A stretch of DNA of 64,000 nucleotides from Candidatus Izemoplasmatales bacterium (GCA_050177605.1 JBFXGX010000004.1:24479-88478), one strand, 5' to 3'; counted from the first letter of the stretch, positions 40,508 to 51,171 are shown. The notes: a model not told the origin generated them from the letters alone. Numbers and translations are program-made.

Positions 40508-41341
40508 ATGGGACAGTATCCATTTCACGTGTTCAATTTTCACCTTACAGAAAAATGTAATTATCAATGTAAATATTGCTTTGCCAAGTTTAACAATCAA
40601 TCTGAACTCAATCTAAAACAATGGAAAGAGGCTGTTGACTTAACGAATCAATATTTTATAAGAAATAATATTAGAAATGGAAGAATCAACCTGGCAGGGG
40701 GAGAACCATTAATTCTTCCCTTTCTAGATGAATTAATCGATTATATTCATTCTCTAGACATTATTGTCTCGATTATCACAAACGCTTCACTGCTTACGGA
40801 AGAAAAGATACAAAAATGGATTGGTAAGGTTGACACAATTGGTGTAAGCATCGATTCCATAAATTATAAAACAAATCTGAAAATAGGCCGACATAACAAT
40901 GGACAAGTAATAGATGTTGAAAACATTATTTCATTGCTCCAACTAGCGAAGAAAAATAATATCAAGGTTAAGATTAACACAGTTGTTTCTGCGCTAAATA
41001 TAAATGAAAGAATAGATCAAATATATAAACGAGTTCAACCCGATAGAATTAAAATACTACAGATGAGGGTAAACCAAAATTGCAATGAACATTCTATTAT
41101 GCTTCAAACTTCTGATGAAGATTTCCATAAACATTGTAGATATTTGAATAATTACCAAAATGTTGTGATTGAGAACTCGCAAGAATTAGAATGCTCATAT
41201 CTAATAGTTGACTCAATGGGGAATATGCTTTCCAACAAAAATAATGTTCAAAATATTGTAGGGAATATCTTGAAAGATGATATAGAAAAGATGATTGATG
41301 CTGCCGAAATAAATCATTTTACATACGCAAAAAGATACTAA
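40508..41341 (+). CDS. Prokaryotic viperin (radical SAM antiviral enzyme, pVip)
   Basis: NFHLTEKCNYQCKYCFA, INLAGGEP, SIITNASLL, GVSIDS, KINTVV, RIKILQ, SYLIVDSMG; RBS AAAGGAG then ATG at 40508. Confidence 0.88.
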   Translation: MGQYPFHVFNFHLTEKCNYQCKYCFAKFNNQSELNLKQWKEAVDLTNQYFIRNNIRNGRINLAGGEPLILPFLDELIDYIHSLDIIVSIITNASLLTEEKIQKWIGKVDTIGVSIDSINYKTNLKIGRHNNGQVIDVENIISLLQLAKKNNIKVKINTVVSALNINERIDQIYKRVQPDRIKILQMRVNQNCNEHSIMLQTSDEDFHKHCRYLNNYQNVVIENSQELECSYLIVDSMGNMLSNKNNVQNIVGNILKDDIEKMIDAAEINHFTYAKRY

Positions 41342-41357
41342 TTTTTGAGGAGGAAAT

Positions 41358-43925
41358 ATGGAACTTATTTTAAAACTGTCATATAACAATAAAGATTCAA
41401 ACCCAGGGCTACTGGAGTGGTATAACGATTTAATTACAAATAAGAACATTTTAACTGCCAAACTTTCAACTAAAAGACTAGACATCGAAAGAGATACTAA
41501 AGATGCAAGAAATATCAAATCACTTAGAAAAATAGAAATCGCTATAGAACTAGTTGAAGGTTTTCTTGTTTTGAAAGGTCATCTGGGGTGTTCATATAAA
41601 CAACCTTTTGGTGGAGAATTCTATATTATTGATTATAAAGAAATTTCTAACGGAAAATTTTCATCGCTGAATGGAGTTCCGGTTGATTTAATGTTTGATA
41701 ATAACTATCCCACAACAATTGAGAATATGTATACATACTTATATGTGATTAGCAGTGATTCTAATTTTGTATTCAATATCGGACAATTTGACGAATTTAT
41801 GGAAGTTTTCAAATTTTATAAAACACTCTCAGATGAAATTAATAATAGTGCAACTTACGAAATTAAAGAAGTAAGCTCACCTTATTATTATCTGCCAGTT
41901 GATACGAAAGAACTTTTCGATGAAGAAAATAATATACTTTCAAATTATGTAGGAATTGTAACAATAAATGATAAAGAAGATCTTATAAAAGGATATCGTA
42001 TTCCAAACTATATTTATGATCGCTTTAATAATGAATTAAAGGACATTACAATGAGTTTAGTCGATATCCATATCGATTATCAAGAACATGCGTTACGGAA
42101 GATTCAAAAAATGAGAGATAATATTTTTGTAAGTGATTACAAATTAGTCGATGAAAAAAACGCTAAAAATATAAGAGAACTTGAATTCGTCAATTTGTAT
42201 AGACAAAAAGACAGGATAATAATCAATGTGAATGAAAGCCATGTAATCAAAGAGAAATTTCTTAACCTATATGATATGGGCCAAAAAATAAAAATAGAAT
42301 CCATCGAAAATTCATTGAGATTAATAAACCAAGGGAACACAGGCGCATCCATGAAAATGATTGAGTATCTTATCGGAGATGAAGCTATGCCAAGTGCTAA
42401 TAGTAGGCATATTAGTAATCAAGCATACATTCAATCTGAATTACGCGTGAATAAAGTTAAGGAAAAATATATTAAAGAATTAAACGAGTCTCAACAAATA
42501 GCCTTTTTAAAGTCGGTTGATGGGTTGCCTGTAACACTTATTAAAGGTCCACCAGGCACAGGAAAAACGCATGTAATTAATGCGGTTACACAGTATATAA
42601 CAAAAGAGCTCCATGAAAAAGTAGTTATATCTTCTCAAACCCATGTAGCTATAGATAATGTTCTTGATAAGTTAATGGAAAACTATGATTTAGTCATTCC
42701 AAATAGGATTACTAATCGACGCAACAAGTATAGTTTGGAGGAAATTGATAAAACAATTTATAAAAATTGGGGTTTAAAAATTGATAATCATCTTTCAAGG
42801 TGCACAGATCAAACCTTGGTAAGTAGAGTGAAAGATAATCTTAAGAATTTCAATGGAAAGCAAGAGATTGAGTATTCAAGAAATATGATTAACGAATTCT
42901 CAGTTATTGGAGCAACAACTACCACAAGCGCTATATCTGGAAAGAAAGGTCTTGAATTACTTAAAGATTATAAATGGTTAATTATTGATGAAGTATCAAA
43001 ATCGCCTATTACTGAAGTCTTAAGATACTTGCCTTATGTAGATAATATCATTTTGGTTGGCGATGATTATCAATTATCTCCTCTTCTAGAATTTTCAAAA
43101 GAGGATGTAAAACATTTACCTTCTTATGATGATGAGATGTATGATAAATTACAAACAATCTATGAACAATCTATCTTCTCAAAAACAATTAATAAAGCAA
43201 GAGCTGCTGGACGACTCATTGTTCTTGAAGAAAATTATCGATCTGTGAAAGATGTTTTAGCAGCGTACAATGTATTTTACGATGGAAAACTTAAGAATAT
43301 GAGAGAAAATATTAATCCGAGAAAAGTACAGTTTGGCAGTCAATCGTCTCTTTCAAATAACTATGATGTCTTTTTTGTAGAACCTCTTGGTGCGACAGAA
43401 AAAGATGATTCGAAATCTCATTCTAGATATAATATTCAAGAAGCGCAGGCGACCGCATTGATACTAGAAGATATATTGAAAAATGTGATTAATCCTAGTT
43501 CGGTTTCTGCCTCGGCAATATTTCCATACGCTGCTCAAATTGAGTATTTCACAAAAAACTATAAAGACCTAATAAACCGGGCAAAGAAAGTTTTGAAAAG
43601 TTTTGAATTGGATACAGTGGATGCGTTTCAAGGTCGCGAAACAGACATTGTCTTAGTTAATACAGTAGTCACAAGACTCGATAAAAAGAACTTTCTAAAG
43701 GATTTTAGAAGAATCAATGTTTCAATGTCTAGAGCAAAAGACAAACTTGTTGTATTTGGGTCTCGCGACCTAATGCGTCTAGAAATGGATACCCCTGATG
43801 GAGGAACAAGACAATATTTTAGATCGATTATTGAAGCAATCACAAGAGATGGAAAAACGATTAAAGTGAACCAAAAAGGAGAGATAATTAGCAATGAAAG
43901 TACAAGTAAGACTAAATTTGCCTGA
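41358..43925 (+). CDS. SF1B DNA2/NAM7 (Upf1-like) helicase with a long uncharacterised N-terminal region
   Basis: GPPGTGKT, SSQTHVAIDN, IIDEVS, VGDDYQLSP, NYRS, PYAAQ, TVDAFQGRE, RRINVSMSRAK. Confidence 0.88.
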   Translation: MELILKLSYNNKDSNPGLLEWYNDLITNKNILTAKLSTKRLDIERDTKDARNIKSLRKIEIAIELVEGFLVLKGHLGCSYKQPFGGEFYIIDYKEISNGKFSSLNGVPVDLMFDNNYPTTIENMYTYLYVISSDSNFVFNIGQFDEFMEVFKFYKTLSDEINNSATYEIKEVSSPYYYLPVDTKELFDEENNILSNYVGIVTINDKEDLIKGYRIPNYIYDRFNNELKDITMSLVDIHIDYQEHALRKIQKMRDNIFVSDYKLVDEKNAKNIRELEFVNLYRQKDRIIINVNESHVIKEKFLNLYDMGQKIKIESIENSLRLINQGNTGASMKMIEYLIGDEAMPSANSRHISNQAYIQSELRVNKVKEKYIKELNESQQIAFLKSVDGLPVTLIKGPPGTGKTHVINAVTQYITKELHEKVVISSQTHVAIDNVLDKLMENYDLVIPNRITNRRNKYSLEEIDKTIYKNWGLKIDNHLSRCTDQTLVSRVKDNLKNFNGKQEIEYSRNMINEFSVIGATTTTSAISGKKGLELLKDYKWLIIDEVSKSPITEVLRYLPYVDNIILVGDDYQLSPLLEFSKEDVKHLPSYDDEMYDKLQTIYEQSIFSKTINKARAAGRLIVLEENYRSVKDVLAAYNVFYDGKLKNMRENINPRKVQFGSQSSLSNNYDVFFVEPLGATEKDDSKSHSRYNIQEAQATALILEDILKNVINPSSVSASAIFPYAAQIEYFTKNYKDLINRAKKVLKSFELDTVDAFQGRETDIVLVNTVVTRLDKKNFLKDFRRINVSMSRAKDKLVVFGSRDLMRLEMDTPDGGTRQYFRSIIEAITRDGKTIKVNQKGEIISNESTSKTKFA

Positions 43926-45321
43926 AATTAAATATAAATTAATTATGAAATATAATACCTTTGAAAAGGTGTCGTTTGATAAATATTTGATTGCGTCTTT
44001 AATTTACTCCTCTACTAGTCAAAATTCGGCCTATCAGTTTATTGATCAATTATCTGGTGATGGAAGTTTGAACGAGCATTTTAAAAAGTTATATCTTGAG
44101 ATTAATGAAATGTCAAAGGATGAAATATATAGTATTCTTCAAAATTCACAATATCCAGTTCTTAAAATAAGTGAAGAATGGTTTAGGTATTATCCGCTAT
44201 TAAATATATCCAAATATCATAATCATATCTATTGTGATAATCTTGCAAATGATAAGAGTTTTCCGCTGCAACTTATTGAACAGGGTGGTACATATGTATC
44301 TCATAATTATGAACAAGGACAACCTGAATCCAATGTTGATCGATACGATGTAATATTAGAGCCGAATAAAATACAATTAAAAGTTGTAAATGATTTCTAT
44401 CCGATTTCTGAGTTAGACTTTCAACGAATAGTAGTTAAGGATTCAATTGATTTGAGCGCCTTTCGTGGAGATATACTAAAAGCGTTGACTGGAAATGATT
44501 GGATACAAATGAGCCAATCTAATTATAGAAATATTATGGATGCAAAGGATTACTATTACGAAAATGGCAATCATTTTGGAATCTATAATGATTATGTGAA
44601 GGAATCTTCGATTGCATTCGCATGGGGGCTATATTGGCTGAAGGAGAGAACATATTATTATCGTGATCCATCCTCAAAAGAGCAGTGCACGAAAGTAGCC
44701 AATGTATTACTTGAAACCGGAATGATCAATGAGTTCAAGACAAAATCACTTGTTGAAATATTAAAGAATATATCTAGAGATTTACAGCAGACAATTGTTA
44801 ATTACATTTTACAAAGAAAAGATTCAAAAGACCTAATCAACGTTGGTTACATTTTGATGGATAAGGGTTATGAAAAGGGCTGGTTTGAGAGTTCGCTCCT
44901 TGCTTTTTACAAATACAGAACATCTACTGAACAATTAATTAAAGTATACTCTCACTTCGACTCGGACATTTATACAATATCTGATCTGCTTGAGATTGAA
45001 AAATATGATAAGTCTGTACTTAGACATAATCATTCAATACAACTTGAAGTATACCATTCGGACCGTAATAAAATAATTAATACTATCACTTCAAGAGTAG
45101 GTGTTGTTACGTCATCTAGTGTGCGTGATAATATAGGTAGATTAAGACAAGATGAGGAAACAAAGAGACTTAAAAAATTAATGAACAAATATATTGGGCA
45201 TATGCAGAAAGATATTAACACTCAAAGCTTAGAGCAACTCAAGAAAATTGAAAATGATGTAGAGGAAATGTATCTTCTACATCTTCGAGTTAAGCAGGAG
45301 TTAGAGAGGTTACTTCAATAA
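43894..45321 (+). CDS. Hypothetical protein (475 aa) overlapping the helicase 3' end
   Basis: Long ORF; AGGAG RBS upstream; helical/coiled-coil C-terminus; family not recognised. Confidence 0.75.
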   Translation: MKVQVRLNLPEIKYKLIMKYNTFEKVSFDKYLIASLIYSSTSQNSAYQFIDQLSGDGSLNEHFKKLYLEINEMSKDEIYSILQNSQYPVLKISEEWFRYYPLLNISKYHNHIYCDNLANDKSFPLQLIEQGGTYVSHNYEQGQPESNVDRYDVILEPNKIQLKVVNDFYPISELDFQRIVVKDSIDLSAFRGDILKALTGNDWIQMSQSNYRNIMDAKDYYYENGNHFGIYNDYVKESSIAFAWGLYWLKERTYYYRDPSSKEQCTKVANVLLETGMINEFKTKSLVEILKNISRDLQQTIVNYILQRKDSKDLINVGYILMDKGYEKGWFESSLLAFYKYRTSTEQLIKVYSHFDSDIYTISDLLEIEKYDKSVLRHNHSIQLEVYHSDRNKIINTITSRVGVVTSSSVRDNIGRLRQDEETKRLKKLMNKYIGHMQKDINTQSLEQLKKIENDVEEMYLLHLRVKQELERLLQ

Positions 45322-45368
45322 CAAAAATTAAACAATAAGTCATAAAATAATTGAAAGGGGGTGTACGT

Positions 45369-45512
45369 ATGTCGAAACAAAACATTAGTCCAAAGAACAA
45401 CTCAGCTAATATGCAAAACGCGAATAAAGGAACAAGTGGAGTAAATAAACAATACTCACAAGTTCAAGGAAACCGTGGAGCACAAATGAATCCGAACAAA
45501 AAAGGAAAGTAG
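45369..45512 (+). CDS. 47-aa Asn/Gln/Gly/Lys-rich small protein (absent from the ORF track)
   Basis: RBS AAAGGGGGTG; MSKQNISPKNNSANMQNANKGTSGVNKQYSQVQGNRGAQMNPNKKGK*; terminator follows. Confidence 0.75.
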   Translation: MSKQNISPKNNSANMQNANKGTSGVNKQYSQVQGNRGAQMNPNKKGK

Positions 45513-45578
45513 GATAATTTGTTGCAACCCGCAAGAAAAAAATCATCGTTACTTTTTTGATATACTCAAATTGATTTC

Positions 45579-45605
45579 AATGCTTCCAATCGGAAGCATT
45601 TTTTT
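45579..45605 (+). terminator. Intrinsic terminator closing the viperin operon
   Basis: AATGCTTCC-AATC-GGAAGCATT plus T run. Confidence 0.85.
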
Positions 45606-45747
45606 AATACATTTTTTTGGGAGTTTATTTGAGGGAAATGAATTGTAACACGGGAATTCTTCGTAGAATTTTTTATTAATGGATATTTTTTATAGCAAAT
45701 TTATTGTATAATTAAACATAGAGTAACATAACTTTATAATTTAATTA

Positions 45748-48700
45748 ATGTCTTTTTTTGCGGGGTTATCTATGATTGTATTTCTTGATGTAGAAGTTTC
45801 TTTAGATAGTAAAAAAATAGTAGACTACGGCTGTTTGCGTGAAAATGGGGATTCTTTTCATACCGCTTCGGTGAGTGAGTTTATTAAATTTACCAAAAAA
45901 GCAGATATTTTTGTTGGACATAATATCATTTTTCATGATGTAAAATATCTGCAAAAAGTACTTCCAAGAAATTATATAAAAGAAATCAACTGTGTTGATA
46001 CACTTTTTCTATCGACACTATTATTCCCTGAGAACCCATACCATGCCCTTCTAAAAGATGATAAAACAGATAGCGATGATGCTAATAATCCTCTGAATGA
46101 TTCAATAAAAGCAAAACTTCTATTTGATGATGAAGTATCAACTTTTGAAAAACTAGATAATGATATTCAAGAGATATATTACAATTTGCTTTGGAATCAA
46201 CCAGGATTTGCAGCTTTTTTCAAGTATATCAAGTTCGATAGAAAACTAAAAAATTTAGCTGAAGTTATTAAATCCAAATATTATAATTTAATCTGTTCGA
46301 ATACAGATTTGGACAATGTTATTAAAAATTCTCCGATTGAATTAGCATATTGCTTGGCCTTAATTAGGACTAAAAAACTAAACTCATTAATGCCTGGATG
46401 GGTTTTAGTGAATTATCCTCAAGTTGAAGAAATTATGACTCAACTCCGTAATACTCCTTGTGCGATAGGATGTTCCTATTGTAATCAAAAACTAAATGCA
46501 ATTACTGAATTAAATCGCTTCTTTGATTATCCAAATTTCAAAGAATATAATGGAATTCCTCTTCAAGAAAAAGCTGTGAAAGCTGCGATGGAAGGAAAGT
46601 CGTTAATCGCTGTTTTTCCAACTGGAGGAGGAAAATCATTAACTTATCAATTGCCAGCATTAATCAGTCGAGAAAGTACAAGGGGACTCACTGTTGTAAT
46701 ATCACCTCTACAATCATTGATGAAAGATCAAGTTGATAATCTTGAAAGCAAAAATATTAATGCTTCAGTAACAATAAACGGTTTACTAGACCCTCTTGCA
46801 AGAAAAACAGCAATTGAGCGTGTAGAGAACGGCTCTGCAGGTATTTTATATATCGCTCCCGAATCACTCCGATCAAAGACTATTGAGAGATTATTGGTAC
46901 ATAGACACGTTGTTCGATTTGTAATAGATGAAGCACATTGCTTTTCTGCATGGGGTCAAGATTTCAGAGTTGACTATTTATATATCGCCGATTTTATAAA
47001 GAATATCCAAAATATTAAAGGGAATCGTAGTCCCATACCTGTATCCTGTTTTACTGCAACAGCAAAGCAGAATGTTATCAAGGATATTGAAGATTATTTC
47101 AGGAAAAAATTAGGTATTTCAATGCTTTTATTCGAAGCTAGTGGTAAAAGAGAAAATTTACACTATAAAGTCTACGATTTAAAAACAGAAGATGACAAAT
47201 ATAAACTGATGAGGAATTTGATTGATCAAGAAAATTGCCCATCCATTGTCTATGCTTCTAGAAGAAAGACTGTAGAAGAGATATATGAACGACTTTTAAA
47301 CGACAATTATAAAGTTTCTAGATTCCATGGTGGTATGCAATCAGAGGAAAAGGAATCTGAACAAAACAAGTTTATGAGTGGCGAATCCACGATAATGATT
47401 GCTACTTCAGCTTTTGGTATGGGCGTTGACAAAAAAGATGTAGGATGTGTTATTCACTATGAAATTTCAAGTTCGCTTGAAGATTATGTTCAAGAATCTG
47501 GAAGAGCAGGTAGAGACCAAGACATTTTTGCAAACTGTTATATTTTGTATCAAGAAGACGATTTGAATAAACATTTTAATCTACTGAATCAAAGTAAAAT
47601 TACTGTTAAGGAAATTCAGCAAGTATGGAAAGGAATTAAGGATTTAAGCAAGATTCAGAACAACATTTCGCACTCAGCACTTGAAATTGCGAAAGCGGCT
47701 GGATGGGATGACAGTATATATGATTTGCAAACTCGCGTTACAACAGCTGTTGCAGTTTTGGAACAGTCAGGATATCTGAAAAGGGGACAAAATTCTCCAA
47801 AAGTATATGCGAATAGTATTTTGTCTCGAAGTGTAATTGATGCGCGCAAAATAATTGAATCGAGTGAAATTGTACCGAAAGACGATATCGATAATACAGT
47901 GCGAGTATTTTCAAAATTAATTTCAGCAAAATCCAATAAATATTCAAATGAAGAAATTCCTGAAGTTCGAATAGATTATATTTCGGAGCATCTAGGAATT
48001 CAAAAAAATGAAGTAGTTAGATTAGTCAATTATTTAAGGGAACTCAAGATTTTAGATGACGCTAAAGACTTATCTGCATATTTTAGAAGAACTTCAAAGC
48101 AAAATATTGCAAATAAAATACTACTATCATACATAGAACTCATCAAAAATATAATTAATGACTTTAGTACTGATTGGCAAATATATAACGTCAAAGAGAT
48201 TAATGAGAGAAATAGTGGAGATAATGTAGAATCAAATCTCAGAAAGATTAAGAATACAATCAACTTTTTAGAAATCGAAAACTATATTGAAATTCAAAAA
48301 CTAGAAAAAGATTATTTAAAAATTAGATTAAAAAAGCAAATTGAAGATACAGTTTTTTCACTTGAGCATATGTGGTCAATTTCCAGTGTAATCCTAACTT
48401 ATTTTGATTTAATCTCTAAAGATAAAATTAGAGAAGATATCGAATACATTGGAGTTAATTTTTCGGTAATAGAATTAAGAGATTATTACGAGACTAATAA
48501 ATCTTTACTCGACACAAAAAGCACATTAGATGAAATAGAAGATTCTCTATTGTTTTTACATAAAATTGAGGCCATTAAACTTCAAGGCGGATTTTTCGTG
48601 TTATACAGTCCTATGAAAATTGATAGAATTGAAATGGATAATCGAAAGCAATACACTAAGGCGGATTATGAAAAATTAGATCAATATTATAAGTCGAAAA

Positions 48701-50586
48701 TGCAACAAATTCATATAGTAGGCGAATATGCGAATAAAATGATTGAGAATTATCAAAGTGCTTTGAAGTTCGTGGATGATTATTTTAAACTTGATTACAA
48801 AGAATTTTTGAATAAGTATTTTGTTGGGCAACGAAAGAAAGATATTGAAAATAATATGTCTCCGAAAAAATTCAAAGAATTATTCGGTTCTTTATCACCT
48901 GAACAAATTCAAGTAATTCAAGAGAAAGAGCATAGTAATGTCATTGTAGCTGCCGGCCCAGGAAGTGGAAAAACACGAGTGCTAGTACATAAGCTTGCAT
49001 CAATACTATATACTGAGGATATTCGACATGAACAATTACTGATGTTGACATTCTCAAGAGCAGCTGTTACTGAATTTAAAGAAAGACTAAAAAAGCTAAT
49101 ACACAGTTCAGCAAATTATATAGATATAAAAACATTCCATTCATTTTGCTTTGATGTATTAGGAAGAGTGGGATCACTTGAAAAGACAGATGAAATCATT
49201 AATCAAACAATTCAGCAGATTCGTGATAACGAAGTCGATCCTAGTAGAATCACCAAAATGGTACTTGTTATAGATGAAGCACAAGATATCGATTTGGCAG
49301 AATTTAACTTAATTCAAGAATTAATCTCATTTAATGAAAACTTAAGAATCATTGCTGTAGGTGATGATGATCAAAATATCTATCAATTTAGAGGAGCATC
49401 ATCGGAGTATCTTATGAAATTAAATGATGAAGATGGGGTTTTAATTGAATTGTCAACGAATTATCGTAGCAAGAATAACCTCGTTGATTATACGAACACT
49501 TTTGTGTCAAGAATAAGTAATAGAATAAAAAGGAATACAATTAAAGCTAAAACATCTGAGAATGGGAATATTAGCATGACTAAGTATTCTTCTCCAAATT
49601 TTATGGATGCAATCATTCAAAAGTATAATCTCCTAAATGAGTCTGGTACTACATGCATATTGACTAGAACTAATGATGAAGCAACAAGCATCCTTGGATT
49701 GTTAAACTACAATAACATTCCAGCACAACTCATCCAAAATAATGATGATTTCAATTTATATAATTTGGTTGAGTTACGTTATTTTGTAGATTTATTACGC
49801 ACAGATAAACTAATTGTAGTAATCACCGATGAACTATGGAAAGAAGCACTTGAGAATTTTAGAGTTAAATATGAGTCCAGTGGAGACTATTCTTTTTCAT
49901 TGATGCTTTTAAATAAATTTTATAGTACCACAACAGGAAAATTTTATATTTCTGATTTAATTGATTTTATTAATGACTCTAATTTTAGCGATTTTCTTGC
50001 CGAAAGCCAAGTGTATGTTTCAACTTTGCATAAGGCAAAAGGAAAAGAATTTGAAAATGTGCAATTAATTTACACAAATACCAAATATGTTGATGATAAT
50101 GAAAAGAGACTATTATATGTTGGCATGACACGCGCAAAGAATAATTTGCATATTCACTATACCGGAAATTTCTTTGATCAGTTTATTAGTGATCATGTAG
50201 AATATAAATATGATAGTGAAGAGTATGAAATTCCACCTAGATTATTAATTCAGATGTCAATGAAAGATATCAATTTAGGATATTTTAAGTATGTTCAATC
50301 AAGTAACTCAAATCTTGTTTCTGGCCAAGAAGTCCAACTAAGCGACGAAAAGACTATTTCTGTTAATGGAAGGAAAATCCTTCAATTTTCTAAAGGATTT
50401 TCACTAAAATTTGAAGAGATTCAAAAAATGGGCTATCAAGTAGCTAATATTTATATTAAGCATCGTATGTTTTGGTATGATAAAGAAGAAGAGAAAGAGT
50501 ATCTAGTTTGCTTGCCTGAAATTGTTTTCAACTATGATCCAATTACTGAAGTAAACAATACTGATGAGTCAATAGTTAGTGATTAG
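45748..50586 (+). CDS. DEDD-exonuclease-like / RecQ helicase / UvrD helicase fusion (likely start 45772)
   Basis: Exonuclease-like FLDVEV, GHNIIFHD; RecQ PTGGGKS, DEAHC..WGQDFR, ATSAFGMGVDK, QESGRAGRD; UvrD AGPGSGKT, DEAQD, VGDDDQNIYQFRGA, HKAKGKEF, YVGMTRAK. Confidence 0.88.
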   Translation: MSFFAGLSMIVFLDVEVSLDSKKIVDYGCLRENGDSFHTASVSEFIKFTKKADIFVGHNIIFHDVKYLQKVLPRNYIKEINCVDTLFLSTLLFPENPYHALLKDDKTDSDDANNPLNDSIKAKLLFDDEVSTFEKLDNDIQEIYYNLLWNQPGFAAFFKYIKFDRKLKNLAEVIKSKYYNLICSNTDLDNVIKNSPIELAYCLALIRTKKLNSLMPGWVLVNYPQVEEIMTQLRNTPCAIGCSYCNQKLNAITELNRFFDYPNFKEYNGIPLQEKAVKAAMEGKSLIAVFPTGGGKSLTYQLPALISRESTRGLTVVISPLQSLMKDQVDNLESKNINASVTINGLLDPLARKTAIERVENGSAGILYIAPESLRSKTIERLLVHRHVVRFVIDEAHCFSAWGQDFRVDYLYIADFIKNIQNIKGNRSPIPVSCFTATAKQNVIKDIEDYFRKKLGISMLLFEASGKRENLHYKVYDLKTEDDKYKLMRNLIDQENCPSIVYASRRKTVEEIYERLLNDNYKVSRFHGGMQSEEKESEQNKFMSGESTIMIATSAFGMGVDKKDVGCVIHYEISSSLEDYVQESGRAGRDQDIFANCYILYQEDDLNKHFNLLNQSKITVKEIQQVWKGIKDLSKIQNNISHSALEIAKAAGWDDSIYDLQTRVTTAVAVLEQSGYLKRGQNSPKVYANSILSRSVIDARKIIESSEIVPKDDIDNTVRVFSKLISAKSNKYSNEEIPEVRIDYISEHLGIQKNEVVRLVNYLRELKILDDAKDLSAYFRRTSKQNIANKILLSYIELIKNIINDFSTDWQIYNVKEINERNSGDNVESNLRKIKNTINFLEIENYIEIQKLEKDYLKIRLKKQIEDTVFSLEHMWSISSVILTYFDLISKDKIREDIEYIGVNFSVIELRDYYETNKSLLDTKSTLDEIEDSLLFLHKIEAIKLQGGFFVLYSPMKIDRIEMDNRKQYTKADYEKLDQYYKSKMQQIHIVGEYANKMIENYQSALKFVDDYFKLDYKEFLNKYFVGQRKKDIENNMSPKKFKELFGSLSPEQIQVIQEKEHSNVIVAAGPGSGKTRVLVHKLASILYTEDIRHEQLLMLTFSRAAVTEFKERLKKLIHSSANYIDIKTFHSFCFDVLGRVGSLEKTDEIINQTIQQIRDNEVDPSRITKMVLVIDEAQDIDLAEFNLIQELISFNENLRIIAVGDDDQNIYQFRGASSEYLMKLNDEDGVLIELSTNYRSKNNLVDYTNTFVSRISNRIKRNTIKAKTSENGNISMTKYSSPNFMDAIIQKYNLLNESGTTCILTRTNDEATSILGLLNYNNIPAQLIQNNDDFNLYNLVELRYFVDLLRTDKLIVVITDELWKEALENFRVKYESSGDYSFSLMLLNKFYSTTTGKFYISDLIDFINDSNFSDFLAESQVYVSTLHKAKGKEFENVQLIYTNTKYVDDNEKRLLYVGMTRAKNNLHIHYTGNFFDQFISDHVEYKYDSEEYEIPPRLLIQMSMKDINLGYFKYVQSSNSNLVSGQEVQLSDEKTISVNGRKILQFSKGFSLKFEEIQKMGYQVANIYIKHRMFWYDKEEEKEYLVCLPEIVFNYDPITEVNNTDESIVSD

Positions 50587-50979
50587 ATACGGTAAAATAA
50601 ATATTTGAATTAGTATATTTTTAAGATTAGTAATAACAATTATTGAGTTGTGATCTCATTGATTACACCATATAACAAGCTAGGTTTGATACATGTCTAC
50701 TTTTATAGTACCAGTTCATAGGTGTCAGGCCTTTTTTCCGCTAAATAGCGGTATTTTAGACTTTTCATTATATATTTACCAGTAAAAAATGTATCGTAAA
50801 TAGAGAGAAACATAGAAGGATGAATGAACTTCAACATGATTACACTCCAATTTACACGATATAAATTAAAGATCATATATTTATAAAATTTCATTTAAAT
50901 CAAACAATTAATTTAAGGAACTTTCATAAATTGATAAAAAAGTGGTATAATTTTGACATAAGAGTGAGGTGATTATGTA

Positions 50980-51168
50980 ATGACATATGCTGAAGCTATC
51001 AAAGAACTAAGAAAGAAGCTTATTTTATCTCAAGATGAATTTGCGAAATTATTAGAGGTTTCTATTCAATCAATTAATAGATGGGAAAAAGGTAAGCATG
51101 AACCTACAATCAAATTAAAAAGAAGATTGGCCACTTATTTTAAGAAATACGGAATAGAGGTTGAATAG
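50980..51168 (+). CDS. XRE-family HTH regulator heading the R-M operon
   Basis: LRKKLILSQDEFAKLLEVSIQSINRWEKG; RBS GAGGTG; TGGTATAAT upstream. Confidence 0.85.
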   Translation: MTYAEAIKELRKKLILSQDEFAKLLEVSIQSINRWEKGKHEPTIKLKRRLATYFKKYGIEVE

Positions 51169-51171
51169 CTT

